A stretch of 63,769 bases of DNA, the filler included, from Phoronis australis (Eukaryota > Animalia > Phoronida), in the NCBI GenBank assembly GCA_002633005.1. It is 12 parts of 12 records of this genome, joined end to end, with 100 filler letters (N's around TTAATTAATTAA, not from the genome) between each part and the next. Parts side by side here need not be neighbours in the genome. Positions count along the whole stretch, not along the records: positions 60,712 to 63,769 come from NMRA01003250.1; 11 more parts are not named here. One strand, 5' to 3'. Of the stretch, positions 61,587-63,769 are shown in pieces (the stretch's first letter is position 1; each line of letters starts with the position of its first letter). The position numbers and the translations under genes are program-made. The notes beneath the pieces were generated by a model that was given only the letters and a program-made list of their open reading frames with translations, did no database searches and was not told the DNA's origin.

Positions 61587-63687
61587 TATTTTGCCTCCTG
61601 TTTTCTGTTGGCTTGTACTGTAATTGTTGTAAATGAAACTCATTTTTGGGTAAAAACTGAAAATCAATTAAAACAATGCTTTGTCAATAGTTAAAATATT
61701 TGTTTGACCATTACTAAAACGTATTAAAATGTTAACATGTGATTTATTCCACCAAAACTTGGCTCCTATAATTTTATGTTACTGGGCTAACAGGTAAACA
61801 ATATATTACAGAATAGTAAGTTTATTACGGTCACTTTATATCAGTAGCTCTTTCATTAACGTCTGCTTTTGAAAAATGCCTTCATTCGTTACTCGAGGCG
61901 TGGGTATGAGAAACTATAAAAGGTCATGCCGTTTTGTCTTGGGTTATGATTTTTTTACAGTGTCAATGCTTGGAGAACTGCACGTATTTTAGTTCCTGAT
62001 GGTTTCATTTGAATCTTGTCTCTAATTTCTGACATGGTAAAATTCGAACAAAAATAATGCCCAAAAGTGTCATTTTTGTATTTCTCAAACACTTATACAC
62101 TGTATTGCAAGAAATGTTCTAATTTCGTCATGTATTTGTTATAAAGTTTTCAAAGTCATCTGCATACCACTGTCGAAAATTTTGATGACATAAAACTTTG
62201 CTCCTTCCACTATTTTGTCTTATAATTTTTTAAAGAAACTTTATGGTGACCGACCCAAGTTTTTATAATTCATTGGTGTTGCTCATAATGTCAACCACTG
62301 TATATCAGGTGTGGTGCCTGCCATGTTTTTCAGATTTCTCTGATACAAGACTTTGCTGGACCTGGTCATCATCTCTTAATACCCTTTTTATTAAAGTATT
62401 CTTTACCATTTTGCTTATTTTAATTAACAAATTCCTGCTTTTGGACCTTTCGGACCTTTCGGACGATAAAATAACGCGCATCTTAGGTGGACTGATAACT
62501 GTGTTTGACCTGGAATTAAAGCTTGGTTATTTTCACAAGATTCTTCTTGGGTGTAACTGCAGTTTAAATTCAAAGTTTATTGCTCACCTAAAAATATTTT
62601 TTGTAGTTTGCATGTTCTAAATATTTTTGTTGGGAGATATGTCTATTCAGCAGGATGAAATCTATTCAGTTATATTACAATTGGCCTCCCATACGGTCAT
62701 GATAAGAAAGAAAATATTAAAAATCTAGTGAAAAATATGGTATAAGAAAAGTTAATTGTGCAGATAAACATTAACAAGAAATTTGACATAAGTGAGTGAA
62801 TGACCAAAATTTGTTCTGGTTTTATGAATATGGTTACTGCCACTCTCACTAGACCTAGTATTTCTTTTGTGAACCTGATTTACTAATTTTGTTATGTCTC
62901 AAACTTCAGGTGCCATGGAAACTCTTGAACACAGCTAAACAAATAATCATGGTGATCTGTACACACGTCCAATTCGAGCCAGCTCAAGGCTTAGAGTTGG
63001 AACTTGTTAGCCTACAATAATTTGTGCAGCCGAGTTCTCTGCACTTTTTTAAAGCTGAATCTGAGGCCATTAGTACATAAGCATCACAGCAGTCTAAATG
63101 AGGCAAGACTAAGGCTGTGTACAATAGATTTAGAGGCAAGATAAAAAAGCTTTCTTAATCTTTTGAGAAGTTCGATTTTCTGATACACTTTAGAACAAAT
63201 GAAATCTACTTTTTCCGTCCCAGGTCATATGTTTGTCCAAAAAAGTCCTAATTATTTCATATTACTGACACTCTCCAGAGAGCAATTAGAAACTGACACA
63301 TCAAGGGGTGTTATCTAAAAGCAGTTTTTTGCAAAATCGTCTAGATTGTTTGGCTATTTTCACTGTTGCATCTGACTGTTGTTTTGTTGTGAATTGACAT
63401 AGTTGTCTCCCTTGTCATGCCGTGTGTTTATCATCTTGTAGTATTGCTAGTTTGGTAAATGTTTCTTATATTTTAAGGTTAACTGTGGGACCTTATCGAC
63501 TTAGGACCGTGTATTATGCCAAATGTTGACAAACCTGTGGATTTTAATGGAGTCAGTAAAAGTGTGTCTATTTTTTTAAAGTAGAAACCCAATGTACAAT
63601 TTGATGTTTGACTTTATACCAATCTGCCGTAAATTTGGTTGCCCCGTCTTTTTAGAAAAATTTAACAAAAATGTGGTACATCTACAG

Positions 63688-63769
63688 CAAAGTAACAATA
63701 TCAATAACATGAACAAAGTAACAATATCAATAACATGAACAAAGTAACAATATCAATAACATGAACAAA
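63688..63769. repeat. 26-bp tandem repeat CAAAGTAACAATATCAATAACATGAA running off the window
   Basis: Three exact copies. Confidence 0.95.

Overview
This is AT-rich, intron-containing animal DNA, most likely from a marine invertebrate; the RPL39 C-terminus YNAKRRHWRRTKLKL resembles the protostome type. It is not one locus. Twelve segments are joined by eleven artificial 100-nt spacers (N44-TTAATTAATTAA-N44, stops in all six frames), and there is one ordinary N gap at 18341-18744, so adjacency across spacers is not evidence of linkage. Host genes recognisable from spliced exons: a CUB+LDLa protein, the N-terminus of a signal-peptide LRR protein, an LDL-receptor-family YWTD propeller gene, a complete 3-exon GPI-anchored Ly6/uPAR (quiver/sleepless-like) gene, a large beta-solenoid repeat protein, and the last exon of RPL39. 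The rest is mobile DNA: a CR1-group LINE with a 2A-like motif, a Gypsy LTR/gag, Penelope GIY-YIG and L1/Tx1 fragments, MITEs and minisatellites. Four items stand out: (1) a 549-bp miniature LTR element whose LTRs contain a tRNA-like Pol III promoter, with PBS, PPT and 4-bp TSD; (2) an array of ~36-bp cassettes in mixed orientation between palindromic 14-bp AT-rich sites; (3) a four-level nested insertion whose empty site is visible in a neighbouring copy; (4) the adhesin-like beta-solenoid protein. All calls are by eye; no searches were run.
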